Assembly (NCBI GenBank): GCA_963728405.1
Contig: CAVSJV010000003.1
Coordinates: forward strand, 128,001 to 192,000
Origin: Methanomassiliicoccaceae archaeon
Lineage (GTDB): Archaea; Thermoplasmatota; Thermoplasmata; Methanomassiliicoccales; Methanomassiliicoccaceae
DNA length: 64,000 bases
Direction of reading: 5' to 3'
Shown: positions 44,064 through 54,602 of the stretch, piece after piece
Numbering within the stretch: position 1 is the stretch's first letter
How the letters are laid out: each line of letters begins with the position of its first letter
The notes under the pieces: generated by a model
Databases searched by the model: none
The model's input: only the letters and a program-made list of their open reading frames with translations
What the model was told of the DNA's origin: nothing
Translations under genes and position numbers: made by a program

Positions 44064-45536
44064 TTAAAACCTGTGTCCGACCACTTCCGATCGATCCGCT
44101 TGTACAGGTAATAAGTGCAGGCCGTCAAGAAGCTCAATACGACCACGATGGCCGCAGCCGTAATCACCGGGGTCCCGATCCACCGAGAAGGAAAGGATCG
44201 ATAGGCAGATATCCGGCAGCAGTGAGACCATGGTGAACTTGAACAGGACGTCGGGATTGAAGAGGAAGGAGTTGGGGTGAAGGCCGGTTAGGTAGGCGAT
44301 GGACACCACCATGTAGGCCGAGGTGACGTAAAGGACGGGCAGGGCGAGCCACAGCATCCTGGTCTCGTTGTTCAGGAAAGAGATCATCACCACGAAGGCG
44401 GTCGATATGCCGGTCGTGAGGAACAGGAACATGAACAGCTTTGAGCGGATGACTTTGGGTACGCTGACCGGCAAGGTCTCGTAGTAATCGACCACGTCCA
44501 TGTTGGTCAGCCAGGAGTAAAGCATCACTCCGAAGAAGCCGACCATGGCGGCATAGAAGACGGTGTTGAACCCCACCGGTACGTTAAGGCCGTTGTTCAC
44601 GTACCAGGTAGTGAAGCTTAGGAAGGTGAGCGGAGCGATGAAGGTGAAGGCCATCTTTCCTAGGGTTCCGCTCCTCAGCAGGTCGACGAACTCCTTGGCC
44701 AGCAGCGGCTGGTAGGTGCGGGCGAAGGCGAAGCGAGGGAGGTACGAGGGAAGCATGTCCGTTCGCGGTCCCTTCTTCCTGACCTCCCCTTCGTATGATT
44801 CGGCCACGAACAGCACGGCCAGGGCGGTGAAGATGAGGAACGAAAATAGAGCCAGCGCGAGGAACATGAACGCGGTCCCGACGTCACTGCCGAAGGGAGG
44901 AAGATAGAACTGGAAGCCCAGGGACGGAAGTATTACCTCCATTCCGTAAAGGTGGAATGCCCCGTAGCCGACCAGCAGAGCGAGCAATGCCGCCACCAGG
45001 ATGGCGAAGACGTAGCGGTTGCGAGAACCGATCACCGAGATGGCAAAGCTGAGCGATATGCCGAACAGGAAGGATAGGACCATGGTGGAGAAGACCATCA
45101 GGACCGATATCAGTGAATGGTAGACGATGAACGACCCCGCCAGCAGGCCGAGGAAGGCCGGTCCGAGCATGAGAACCAGGTAGAAGATCACGTCCCGCAG
45201 GTACATGCCCAGGAAAGTGGAGCGGTAGGACATCGGCAGCAGGGCGGGCATTGCCACCAGGAAGTTGTTCTTGCCCTGCCTTCGCTCCACATAGGTCTTG
45301 CCCAGGAAGCCGAAGGCACCTACGCTGATGCCGTAGAGGAAGACGCCGGCATTGAGGTTGGTGACCATGTCCTTGAGGCTGAAGGTCCCCTGGAGGTTGG
45401 TCAAGGTGATGGACATGATCAGGGCGATCACGAACACGAAGACCGGGATGGCCAGGAACATCCTGGCCGACGAATAGGAGATGTGTAGGCGATACTCCTC
45501 GCGGAGCATCAGCCTAAGTAGCGGCATCCTCACCAA
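44064..45536 (-). CDS. ABC exporter permease-like polytopic membrane protein (C-terminal frameshift)
   Basis: About 12 TM helices, two-repeat architecture, overlaps the ATPase gene. Confidence 0.75.
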   Translation of the reverse strand: MVRMPLLRLMLREEYRLHISYSSARMFLAIPVFVFVIALIMSITLTNLQGTFSLKDMVTNLNAGVFLYGISVGAFGFLGKTYVERRQGKNNFLVAMPALLPMSYRSTFLGMYLRDVIFYLVLMLGPAFLGLLAGSFIVYHSLISVLMVFSTMVLSFLFGISLSFAISVIGSRNRYVFAILVAALLALLVGYGAFHLYGMEVILPSLGFQFYLPPFGSDVGTAFMFLALALFSFLIFTALAVLFVAESYEGEVRKKGPRTDMLPSYLPRFAFARTYQPLLAKEFVDLLRSGTLGKMAFTFIAPLTFLSFTTWYVNNGLNVPVGFNTVFYAAMVGFFGVMLYSWLTNMDVVDYYETLPVSVPKVIRSKLFMFLFLTTGISTAFVVMISFLNNETRMLWLALPVLYVTSAYMVVSIAYLTGLHPNSFLFNPDVLFKFTMVSLLPDICLSILSFSVDRDPGDYGCGHRGRIELLDGLHLLPVQADRSEVVGHRF

Positions 45537-46233
45537 CCATGCGCAGGAAGAGCGTCTCGAGATCCTCTTTGGCCGTAAGCTCGGCCACGCCGCCGCTGGC
45601 GATGACCTTGCCGCGGTTGATGATGACCATCTCCTGGCATAGCTTCTGAGCCATCTCCAGAATATGGGAGCATAGGAAGATGGTCCGCCCTTGCCCCCTT
45701 AGCTCCAGGAGGTACTCCCGGACCTTATGCTGGTAGATGGGGTCGAGGTTCACGAAGGGCTCATCGAGGAACAGTAGCTCCGGCTCGTGGATGAAGGCGG
45801 CCGAGAGCATTACCTTCTGGCGCATGCCCTTGGATAGGTCCTTGCACAGCGTGCCCTTGGTCTCCTGGAGGTCAAAGAACTTCAACCACCGATCGACCCG
45901 CGCCTCGATATCGTCGACCTTCCGGACCTCGGCCACGAAGTAAAGGAACTCATAGGCGGTCAGGTAGCTGGGAGGGGACTCCACCTCGGGAACGATACCC
46001 ACCTTCCCCCGTACTTGGATGCCGTGGTCCTTGACATCAAGGCCGAGCACCTGGGCCTCCCCGCTGGTCGGGGGGATCTGGCCGGTAAGCACCTTGAGCA
46101 ACGTGCTCTTCCCTGCCCCGTTGGGGCCGAAACAGCCGAAGAAGGTACCTTTTGGAACAGTGAAAGTGATGTCGTCCAGGGCATTAACGGTGGAGTACCT
46201 CTTGCGAAGGTTGCGCACCATGATGGCGGGCAT
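45514..46233 (-). CDS. ABC transporter ATPase
   Basis: GPNGAGKST, LSKGMRQK, LDEPF, SH. Confidence 0.93.
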   Translation of the reverse strand: MPAIMVRNLRKRYSTVNALDDITFTVPKGTFFGCFGPNGAGKSTLLKVLTGQIPPTSGEAQVLGLDVKDHGIQVRGKVGIVPEVESPPSYLTAYEFLYFVAEVRKVDDIEARVDRWLKFFDLQETKGTLCKDLSKGMRQKVMLSAAFIHEPELLFLDEPFVNLDPIYQHKVREYLLELRGQGRTIFLCSHILEMAQKLCQEMVIINRGKVIASGGVAELTAKEDLETLFLRMVGEDAAT

Positions 46234-46339
46234 AGATGTTTCATCCGCTGGGCATTATATAACCCCTATTACGCAGTTATCAGCTGACTTTTCACCCGGG
46301 CCCAGTAAATAATATTTATTATTTATTTTATTATCCGTA

Positions 46340-46490
46340 ATGAATGCGGTCGGTCGACCGCGCATCGCCATCAAGGGCTCCAAACCTTGGCGATCGGAGC
46401 GGCCCCGCTTTTCGGCCCCCAGTAGGCTTCAACTTCGGCCACATTGGCCTGGCCAATGGATGGCCACCATCCGGGCCGAGCTACCCATAT
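46340..46490. other. Palindrome/hairpin-rich GC island between AT-rich flanks (candidate structured element)
   Basis: At least five inverted repeats in 150 bp, detailed under findings. Confidence 0.4.
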
Positions 46491-46609
46491 CATCGCCCAG
46501 CAACTGTCCTGGCCAAGGGTCGAGGATGTGTCATAGGATATATCTGCTCAATTTTCATTTTATTCCATGATGCATGATTTTATTATACCCATGGGCCTTT
46601 TCATCCATT

Positions 46610-47098
46610 ATGACAACTTATCAACCGCCCGCACAACCGGCGCCCTATTACCCAGCGCCCCAGCGCCACCGCCCATTAGGTGTCACCATCATGGCCATCC
46701 TAGAGATCCTGGGCGGCCTGGGAGCGCTCGTCGTATCCCTTGCCATGTTCGTGGTCGCGGCATTGGCCACCAGCCAGGAGATCATCAACCAGCTGGGCCC
46801 GGACGTGCCACAATGGATCATTGACGCCGCCCCGGCCCTGTTCGCAGTGCTCGGAGCCGTGTTCCTTATCATCGCTCTCGTCTCCTTCCTTCTGGCATGG
46901 GGATTCTTGCGGGGGAAGAGATGGGCTCGGATGGTCGGTATCGTATTTGCGGCCATCAGCATCATCATGAACGTTGCCACCGCGATAATTTCCTTGAACG
47001 CCATCGGTCTCGCTACCCTCGGATTCTCGGTAATCATCCCGGTCGTCATCATCCTATATCTGATGATGCCCTCGGCCAAGGCCTGGTTCACTCAGTGA
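46610..47098 (+). CDS. 4-TM membrane protein with Pro-rich N-terminus
   Basis: RPLGVTIMAIL, WGFLRGKRWAR, YL..PSAKAWF. Confidence 0.75.
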   Translation: MTTYQPPAQPAPYYPAPQRHRPLGVTIMAILEILGGLGALVVSLAMFVVAALATSQEIINQLGPDVPQWIIDAAPALFAVLGAVFLIIALVSFLLAWGFLRGKRWARMVGIVFAAISIIMNVATAIISLNAIGLATLGFSVIIPVVIILYLMMPSAKAWFTQ

Positions 47099-47177
47099 GC
47101 CGATCAAACCCTTTCTTCCTTCTTTTCTGACATCACACTACTCAACATTGATTATCTGATAGTTCATTTCCCGCCCC

Positions 47178-47727
47178 ATGGCCTTGTCCAAGAAGCTCAT
47201 CCTCGGCATCGTGGCGATCGTGGTGGTCATCACCATGCTGCTGATGATCGTCCTACCCTACAACTCATTGATTTCGAAGGACCAGGATGTAAAGAACAAA
47301 TGGAGCAATATCAAGATCGAGCTGCAAAGGAAGTACGACCTTCTGCCTCAAGTATTGTCCGCTGTCAACACATCCATGGGATTCGAACAAAGCCTACTTA
47401 CTAACATCACCACATTAAGGACCCAATGGCTCAATGAGCTTGCTAGTAACAACGTACAGGGAACGGCGAACACCACCGCTGCACTCGATGTGCAAGTAGG
47501 ATCGTTCTTGTCCATCGCCGAGAACTATCCTGACATTAAATCCATCGCGGTCATCCAAGACTTTATCATTACTGTGGAAGGCTCGGAGAACCGCATCGCT
47601 GCGGCCAGGATCGTTCTATAACGATGCGGTAAATGATTACAATACCGCCGTCAGAAGCTTTCCCAACAACATGGTGGCGGGCTCCTTCGGCTTCGGCCAG
47701 GCAGAATACTTCCAGCAGGGGCTGTGA
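47178..47727 (+). CDS. lemA: LemA family protein (frameshift near 47615)
   Basis: YNSL...WSNI..ELQRKYDLLP, AENYPDIKS, ENRIAAAR, FPNNMVAG.FGF. Confidence 0.9.
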
Positions 47728-47733
47728 GACGGG

Positions 47734-48486
47734 GTGCGTTCGTCCACCCGGGTCGTGGCCGGCCTCCTGGTCCTGGCCATAGTGGTCGGCGGGACGGTTG
47801 CGGGAGCGTACCTGCTCCTCAAACCATCCTCCAGCGGCGGCTCTGATCCGGGGATACCGAAGCTTGACTACTACGCCACTGACCTGGCGGGGGCCATATC
47901 GGAGGATGATCTGTATTGGCTCGGGGAGGTCTGCTACGAGGTCGATTCCAACTCCTCCTGCGAGATGGCCGTGGTGGTGGTCAATACGACCCATCCCTAT
48001 GACATTAATTACTTCGCCCTGAGAACGTTCCAGTATAACCAGATAGGTAAGGCGGGAAAGGACAATGGCGTATTGGTGGTCGTGGCGACCGACGACAACA
48101 CCTGGAGGATCGAGGTCGGGTACGGGCTCGAGGGCATACTGACCGATGTCCGGGTCAAGCACCTGGCCCAAGAGTTCCTTGAACCCAATATGACTGCTGG
48201 CTCCTACGGCGACGGTCTCTTCGAGCTCACTGCTGCAATGGGCGACATCATTGAGATCGAGTACCAGGGAGATCGCTCCGGGACCCCCGCCTTCCAGATC
48301 TTCGGCGTTTCACTATCGTGGTTCGACATAGCCATTATCGCGGTTATCGTCATCGTGCTATCGATCATCACCAGAGGCCGGATCCTATGGCCGCTCGTCT
48401 GGGTACTGACCCTGATGAGCGGTAGGGGCGGAGGCAGCTTCGGCGGAGGGCGTTCCGGCGGCGGGGGGGCCTCAGGAGGACGATGA
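47734..48486 (+). CDS. TPM-domain protein
   Basis: DLAGAI, IGKAGKDNGVL, RIEVGYGLEG.LTD, Gly-rich tail. Confidence 0.9.
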   Translation: MRSSTRVVAGLLVLAIVVGGTVAGAYLLLKPSSSGGSDPGIPKLDYYATDLAGAISEDDLYWLGEVCYEVDSNSSCEMAVVVVNTTHPYDINYFALRTFQYNQIGKAGKDNGVLVVVATDDNTWRIEVGYGLEGILTDVRVKHLAQEFLEPNMTAGSYGDGLFELTAAMGDIIEIEYQGDRSGTPAFQIFGVSLSWFDIAIIAVIVIVLSIITRGRILWPLVWVLTLMSGRGGGSFGGGRSGGGGASGGR

Positions 48487-48532
48487 CCGCTGGACATATT
48501 AGGCCCCAGAGCATCCTGCAAGGGAGCGGACG

Positions 48533-49084
48533 ATGAGGGCTTACTGCATGGTCGGGGTCAGGGGGAGCGGCAAGACCACGCTCATCCGTTCGGTGCTGCC
48601 CAGGGTGGGGCGCTTCGAGTATATCTCCACGGACACGGTGATACGCTCCCTGGTCGGCACTCAGTACCCCCAGTTCAACAACTTTCCGGATGAGGTCAAG
48701 AAACAGACCCGGAGCCGGGCCATAATGTACATGCGGGAGGAGACCGAGCGGTTCCATAGCCAACTGATCGTAGAGGACCACGCCACCCTCTACAACCCGA
48801 ACACCCGGAAGCTCGAGCGAGTCATCCCTGAGGAGGCCTCGTTCTTCTACTCGGACATCATCCTTCATTCCGTTGAGCCGAGAATGGTCCTGCAGCGGCG
48901 GCGCTCCGACCAGCTGGTCAGGCGGACCCTGGATCTAGAATTCATCAAGCGGGAGGTCCTGGTGGAGGAGGATATGGCCCGCAAATATGCCGACATCGCC
49001 GGCATGGACTTCCACGTCATCAAGGACCAGGGGGGCCCGGAGCCGGCCGAGAAGCTGTTCCGTCTGCTCTCAGGCTATCCTTGA
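48533..49084 (+). CDS. P-loop nucleotide-kinase-like protein (adenylate kinase-like)
   Basis: GVRGSGKTT, IVEDH, LQRRRSD..RR lid. Confidence 0.7.
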   Translation: MRAYCMVGVRGSGKTTLIRSVLPRVGRFEYISTDTVIRSLVGTQYPQFNNFPDEVKKQTRSRAIMYMREETERFHSQLIVEDHATLYNPNTRKLERVIPEEASFFYSDIILHSVEPRMVLQRRRSDQLVRRTLDLEFIKREVLVEEDMARKYADIAGMDFHVIKDQGGPEPAEKLFRLLSGYP

Positions 49085-49099
49085 TCCGATCTTGAAGAT

Positions 49100-49321
49100 T
49101 TAACAGTCGCAACCGCACTTGCGCGGAGCGGTCCTGCCCGAGCATCTGGAGCATACCTTCTTGCTCGTATCAGAAACGTTCCAATCGGTGCAGTCGCCGC
49201 ATACCCACTCGTTACACTGGGTGCATTCGTAACCGACCTTGGGAGCGCCCGCTTCGACCGAACGCTGCTTGGACATCTTCTTCCCGCAGGCCTGGCACTT
49301 GATCATGTTGCTGTCCGGCAT
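49100..49321 (-). CDS. Small Cys-rich zinc-finger-like protein
   Basis: Four CxxC pairs plus a CGCDC C-terminus in 73 aa. Confidence 0.7.
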   Translation of the reverse strand: MPDSNMIKCQACGKKMSKQRSVEAGAPKVGYECTQCNEWVCGDCTDWNVSDTSKKVCSRCSGRTAPRKCGCDC

Positions 49322-49478
49322 GGTTCCACCTAAGATGGCATTCAAAGAGGTGATATTTCAAAGCACTAGGAATTTATTTCCGATGCGGTGTAGAAATTCA
49401 TAGATGTCGTCCAGGGCCTTTCCCTGAAAACCTCATATATACACCATGTTATCACGGCACACTCAACGGAGGGGGACC

Positions 49479-49787
49479 ATGAAGGGCAACAGTGTGCTTA
49501 CCAGCAAGATCGAGAACGAGATAGAGCTTCTCCAAAGGCACGTTCAAATGCTGAAGGCCATCATGGACAATGAGCCCATCGGGATCATCCGGTTGTCCGA
49601 GCTTTTAGACTTCCCCCAGCATAAGGTAAGGTATTCCCTACGCATTTTGGAGCAGGAAGGCCTCATCCACCCGTCACCAGAGGGAGCAGTGACTACGGAC
49701 AAGCTCAAGGCATTCATGGAGCACCTCAGGGTCATCCTCGACGACATGGAGAAGACCGTCAAGGAACTCAAGTCCCAGCTGGATTAG
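49479..49787 (+). CDS. Archaeal winged-HTH protein
   Basis: EPIGIIRLSELL..PQHKVRYSLRILEQEGLI.PS.EGA. Confidence 0.82.
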   Translation: MKGNSVLTSKIENEIELLQRHVQMLKAIMDNEPIGIIRLSELLDFPQHKVRYSLRILEQEGLIHPSPEGAVTTDKLKAFMEHLRVILDDMEKTVKELKSQLD

Positions 49788-49832
49788 GAGCGGAAAGGCT
49801 TAATATTAGAGGGTAATTGCACTTACCTACAC

Positions 49833-49927
49833 GCCGTCGTAGCTCAGCTGGTAGAGCGTGTGACTGTTAATCCCTGAACAGGGGAACGGTCATCACAAGG
49901 TCAACGGTTCGAGCCCGTTCGACGGCG
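49833..49927 (+). tRNA. tRNA-Asn(GTT) with 22-nt intron at 37/38 (49870-49891)
   Basis: GCCGTCG/CGACGGC acceptor, TGTGA/TCACA anticodon stem, TTCGAGC T-loop, BHB helix CTGT/ACGG. Confidence 0.93.
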
Positions 49928-49956
49928 CCTTCCCTCTTCTCTTTTACCATCGTTGA

Positions 49957-50938
49957 AGTTAGTTGAATAAATCCTCGCGCGCATCGCGTTCCACATCCAG
50001 AACTTGTTCTCGACCTCCGAGAACATGAGGTCGCGGCGTCGCGACCTCACCTCGCTGCCGAGCGTTCGCTTCACCGCCGAGAATACATACTCGACCATCC
50101 AGCGCAACCCGTATTGCGTAGCGCTCTTCCCAGCCATTCTGGCCGATGGCGTTCCGCTCCCTGACCGCTCGCGGTCGAGCGAACGTATGACCGCGACAAC
50201 GCATCGTCGCGTCGCTGGCGATCCTGATGCCTGCCTCGATGCCATGACGATGTCAGCAGATCGAAGTTGTCCAGCGTGTCGTAGCCGCCGTCGGCGAGCA
50301 CTCTTGTCACCTGAATTCCGCGAGCCAGCACCTGCTCGACGAGCTCGGCGAGCACGCTGTTGTTCGCCGACCTTATCGTCCGTCACCACGACGCCGAGCA
50401 CTTCGAGCGTCCCCACATCGACAGCGACGTGCGCCTTGACGAAGCCACGACGCTTGTGCCAGTGATCGCGCATCCATTCCCCCCGCAACGAAGGTCGAGA
50501 AGCCCGTCGAGTCGACTTCGCTGATCGTCGCTCGACGAGGCGGCACCACCGGTGCCGCATGAAGCGCCTGAAGGCGCTTCCAGATCGTCGTGAAGTCCGG
50601 CGCTTTCATGCCGAGCACCGAGAGCATGCGGCGCAGATGTCCCTCGGCCGCGCGCATGCTCAAGCGCAGTTCGACGATCAAGCGGCGGACCTCGTCCAGC
50701 ATCGCCGGCGGCAGCACGAACGGCCGCCCCCGCCGGCGGCCGTTGACCCGCCGCAGCTCGCTGCGCCAGCGAGCCGCGTCGACCGCGGCGCGCTCGCCGC
50801 GAGCAACGTATACTTCGTCGTTCGCATGCCAACGATTAACTATTCGTGAGTCAGACAAAGTCGAGTCTGGCATAGTTTTTACTATCGTTGTGACCGGGCG
50901 ACAAGCCACCACAAGGCATCATCGACCCTATCACTTAT
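49957..50938 (-). mobile_element. IS5-family element; transposase 49959-50873 with several frameshifts; left IR apparently degenerate
   Basis: PDFTTIW, VDSTG, RGFVKAHVAVDV, LADGGYDT, RWMVEYVFSAVKR; GTTGAATA at about 49962 matches the IR core of the 12.5-kb IS; TCACTTAT at 50931. Confidence 0.85.
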
Positions 50939-51047
50939 AGAGCCGATGATCGGGCATCGGTCATTTTCAGGTCACGGGTCACCATGGAAGAGCGACCCCG
51001 CGACCTATTGATCTCTAATCACCGGTGCTGTCGGAACGCCAGTGCAC

Positions 51048-51864
51048 TCAGGCTCGGTCGATCATACAGGAGGTTGTGTCCAGGGCGTCAAGCTTGGCCA
51101 TATCGCCATCGAACAGCTCGAAATCGAACACTTCCATATTCTCCTTCAAATGATCCCTAGAAGTGGCTTTGGGGATGACGATGGCCCCTTTCTGCAGCGC
51201 CCAGCGTAGCATAATCTGGGCCGGCCTCTTGCCGTATCCTTCGGCCAATTCCATTATGACCTTTTCCTGCAACCGATTCCCATGAGTGAGAGGACTATAC
51301 GCCTCGATGCGAATACCCTTACCTTTACAATAATTGATGAGCTCTTGCTCGTTAACGAAGGGGTTGAACTCGATCTGATTGATCGCCGGGACCTTCCCGG
51401 CCACTTTAAGAAGCTCTTCGATCTGGGAGATATCATAATTGCTAACTCCGATGGAACGACACCGTCCTGTTTCCAGAATCTCTTCCATTGCCCTCCACGT
51501 CTCGAGGCTTTTGCCGGAGACAGGCCAATGGATCAGGTAGAGATCGATATGGTCCATGTCCAAACGGGCCAGGCTGCGATCGAAGGCGGCTAGAGTACCC
51601 TCGTAGCCCTGCTCCCCTACTCCCACTTTCGTGGTGATGAAGAGGTCCCGACGACAGTTTTCCGCTCTCCCGCACCGCCCTGCCGATCTCTTCCTCGTTA
51701 TTGTACACGGAGGCGGTATCGATGAGCCGGTAGCCTATGTCCAAGGCATCTAGGACCGCCTGATAGCAACTCTCCCCTGCCATCTTCCAGGTCCCCAGGC
51801 CGATGACGGGCATTCTTACCCCGTCGTTCAGTTCCAATCTGGATGAGGACTTCAGCTCGGGCAT
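51048..51864 (-). CDS. Aldo/keto reductase (frameshift near 51650)
   Basis: GLGTW, IDTASVY.NE, DLYLIHWP, IGVSN, NQIE, AYSPL, IPKA. Confidence 0.92.
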
Positions 51865-51898
51865 TAGACATCCCCATCAATCATCGGGGCTAGTGGTA

Positions 51899-52520
51899 TT
51901 AATCAATTAGGAGGAGGCCGGTCCACACCGGCCGGTCCCCGGCGGGGATCTCGAACGGCAGGCCGGCGTTCTTCGCCGTCAGGTAGACATCGATGCCCAT
52001 CGCTTCCATCGACGGCCGCGATCGGAAAGGGTGACGGCAATTCTCACCCGAGCCTTGCCCGACACATTCGTCGCACAGTTTGCACGGTCCGCCGGTGAAT
52101 GCCGTGGCGAAGCGGTAGCCCATCCTCAAGGCCTCCGATTCCAGGTCCCCCAGCAGGTTGATGAACGCCTTCTCGCTGGCCACCAGCCGCTCGAAATATT
52201 CCCCCTTCTCGTAGATGTCCTCCAACTTCTTGTCCTTGGACCCTTCCATGAACGCCGTGTTGAGAGGGATGGGGAACTGCACCACGATGGTATGCAGGTA
52301 TCTCTTCAGCACCTTGGAGAACTCGCCCATACCCATGACTGTTAGGCGGGCACATCAGGTTGCGGCCGTAGTTGGCGCACATCGGGACCATGCACTTGAG
52401 CCTGACCCGGGGATCCATGATCACACCGGGGGTGGCCATGACCTCAGCTCCGGAAGCGCCCTTGGCCTTGGCCATCTCGCACAGCCTATTCAGGTCTATA
52501 TGGGAGGACATCTGGTTCAC
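51899..52520 (-). CDS. DUF2284-type Cys-rich metal-binding protein (frameshift near 52340)
   Basis: DPRVRLKC..P.C.NYG.N..CPP; GGPC.LC..C...CRHP..SRPSMEAMGIDV. Confidence 0.82.
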
Positions 52521-52720
52521 CTCGATATTAATGTCACCCTTCCCTGTGGAGGGCGATACCGAGGTATCTACATTGGATGCAATAACCTTTCAGACTGTCG
52601 GAGGTCGTGACCTTGCATCGGATTCCGCTTTTCCACGTGCCCTCGGTCCGAGCCCCGCACCGTCCAATGTTTCCTAATGGATTAATAGCTGCCAATACTA
52701 ATTCATTGATGGTAACGAGC

Positions 52721-53002
52721 ATGGCTATCGAGCGGAAGATACCTGAGCACCAGCATTTCAGCAGTGCGACCGTGCTTATCGGGGCAGTGCTGGTCGCTAT
52801 GATCGCCATATTCGCAGCGTTGCTATACATCGCCTCTGGCCTCCTGGTGTCCGGCCTCATCCTGGCGTCGGGAGCGGTGATCGTCGGCCTGATGACCCGC
52901 CGAGTGGTCGGTGCGAGAGCGATGTGGCTATGCTTCGGACTGGCCGCCCTGGCCATCCTGGTGGGGGTGTTGCTTCAGCTCATGACGGCCATGATCTCCT
53001 AG
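52721..53002 (+). CDS. Small 3-TM membrane protein
   Basis: Hydrophobic ORF from ATG 52721. Confidence 0.55.
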   Translation: MAIERKIPEHQHFSSATVLIGAVLVAMIAIFAALLYIASGLLVSGLILASGAVIVGLMTRRVVGARAMWLCFGLAALAILVGVLLQLMTAMIS

Positions 53003-53003
53003 C

Positions 53004-53984
53004 TCACACTGACATCTCGCGCCATTCACAGGAATCGGTGATGCCGACTTCCAGGATGCCCTCGGGGAAGGGCTGGAAGAAGGTCTGGGCCTCGAGATGC
53101 TCGTTGCCGAACCGTATGATGTAGGAGCGCATGAGGTTCAGGCAGACGCTCAACGGGATCCGGGCGTCTCGGTACATCTGCAGGCTCTGCAGGAAGAACG
53201 CCTTCTCCTCCTTCTTCAACTGCTCCGAGAAGTAGCCCAAGGTGTGCATGAGCACGTTGATGGGGGCGTTGCACCGGGGTGGCCAGGAGAGCGCTGCCCG
53301 CAGATGGTCCCGGTATTCGCCGGTTAGGGCTGGAACGTCCCGTCCATCGCGGTTGGCCACGATGTTGCCCAATATCTTGAGCTCCTTCTGACTGTACATC
53401 ATCAGAAGCAGCTTGTTGCGGGTGTGGAACCCGATGAGGTCCGCCATCTCCGCATTCCTCATGCCGCGGAAGGAGGCGAGGGCGAACGTACCGGTCAAGA
53501 AGTGCTCTCCCAGCTTGATGTTCCTCAGCCTGGCCTCGTCCTCAATGGGGATCCCTTTCAATCGCTCGATGACCTCGCTTCCGAACATGCCCGATTCCTT
53601 TCGAATAGGGGGGGCTCCCTCCTTGTCAGGGTAAATGCGAACGTCCCTCACCCCGCAGGAAGGGGACCGGCTCTTCAGGATGAAGCCGTCCACATCCCCC
53701 AGCTCGTCCAGGAACTTGCCGCGGAAGGACACCATAGGCTCGGTGACATCCCGTCCGGTCGAAGGCTGTACCAGGTGCCTCTCTCCTCCCCTTAGGACGA
53801 TCCGGATGGGGCCCCTGGGAACCCCCAGACCGATCTCGACCTCCGGACATACCGGAACGAGAACAGCATGCTCTTTGAGCCGCTGCACGAACTCCGAACC
53901 GATCATCTCACCGTTGTACCGGCAGTGGTCGAACTCGATGCACCGGCTGATGCCCAGCCGGGGACGGGCGAAAGCAGCGGTCAT
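53004..53984 (-). CDS. DUF523 + DUF1722 (YbbK/YbgA) protein
   Basis: GISRC...RYNG, CPEV.IGLGVPR, LKSRSPSCG, EDEARL, FHTRNK, H..GYF. Confidence 0.9.
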   Translation of the reverse strand: MTAAFARPRLGISRCIEFDHCRYNGEMIGSEFVQRLKEHAVLVPVCPEVEIGLGVPRGPIRIVLRGGERHLVQPSTGRDVTEPMVSFRGKFLDELGDVDGFILKSRSPSCGVRDVRIYPDKEGAPPIRKESGMFGSEVIERLKGIPIEDEARLRNIKLGEHFLTGTFALASFRGMRNAEMADLIGFHTRNKLLLMMYSQKELKILGNIVANRDGRDVPALTGEYRDHLRAALSWPPRCNAPINVLMHTLGYFSEQLKKEEKAFFLQSLQMYRDARIPLSVCLNLMRSYIIRFGNEHLEAQTFFQPFPEGILEVGITDSCEWREMSV

Positions 53985-53994
53985 GGTCTAACCT

Positions 53995-54537
53995 TCATTT
54001 CATGCCCTCGTCGACGATCTCCACACCAACCTCGTTCCGGCGTAGGAACCCGGGGGCGAAGGGGCTGTTGTACCGCATCAGGAACGGCGAGCCCCTCGTG
54101 CTGATGCCGTTCTCCTTGAGCGCCCTCATCAGCTCCTCCTCTCGAACGATGACCTCCCGAACATAGGCATGCCCGCTGAACCTGAGCACAGCGACCAGGC
54201 GGGCGGGCACACCCACGACCTTTATTCGAGGGTCCAGCGGCCGGGGGGCTGTTCGGAGATCGTATTTTTCAGGCAGGGCGAACGAGAAAGAGGCCTGATC
54301 GGAGATCACCGGGGCGGTCATGGCGATCCTCTCGCCTCGGACCCGCTGGGAGACCACTGGAGCCGTCATGGCTATGCGCTCACCGGCCTCGTTGTTGCCG
54401 GAGATATATCTGAACAGTATGGAGAACGCAGTATCGTCATTGGGGTCGCTGACGGTCGCCAAAATGATCAGCGGGTACTTCCTGATCTCCACGGGCCCAA
54501 GGGCCCGGACCACCTGGTACTCCAGAGACGCGGTCAT
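53995..54537 (-). CDS. SOUL heme-binding family protein
   Basis: EIRKYP, AF..LF.YISGNN, twice IAMTAPV, YNSPF.P.FLRRNEV. Confidence 0.9.
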   Translation of the reverse strand: MTASLEYQVVRALGPVEIRKYPLIILATVSDPNDDTAFSILFRYISGNNEAGERIAMTAPVVSQRVRGERIAMTAPVISDQASFSFALPEKYDLRTAPRPLDPRIKVVGVPARLVAVLRFSGHAYVREVIVREEELMRALKENGISTRGSPFLMRYNSPFAPGFLRRNEVGVEIVDEGMK

Positions 54538-54602
54538 CGACGTTCGATGGAAAATACCAATATAAATTAAGTGTGAACCCCCCCCTCCGAGTAGGTGAAG
54601 GT

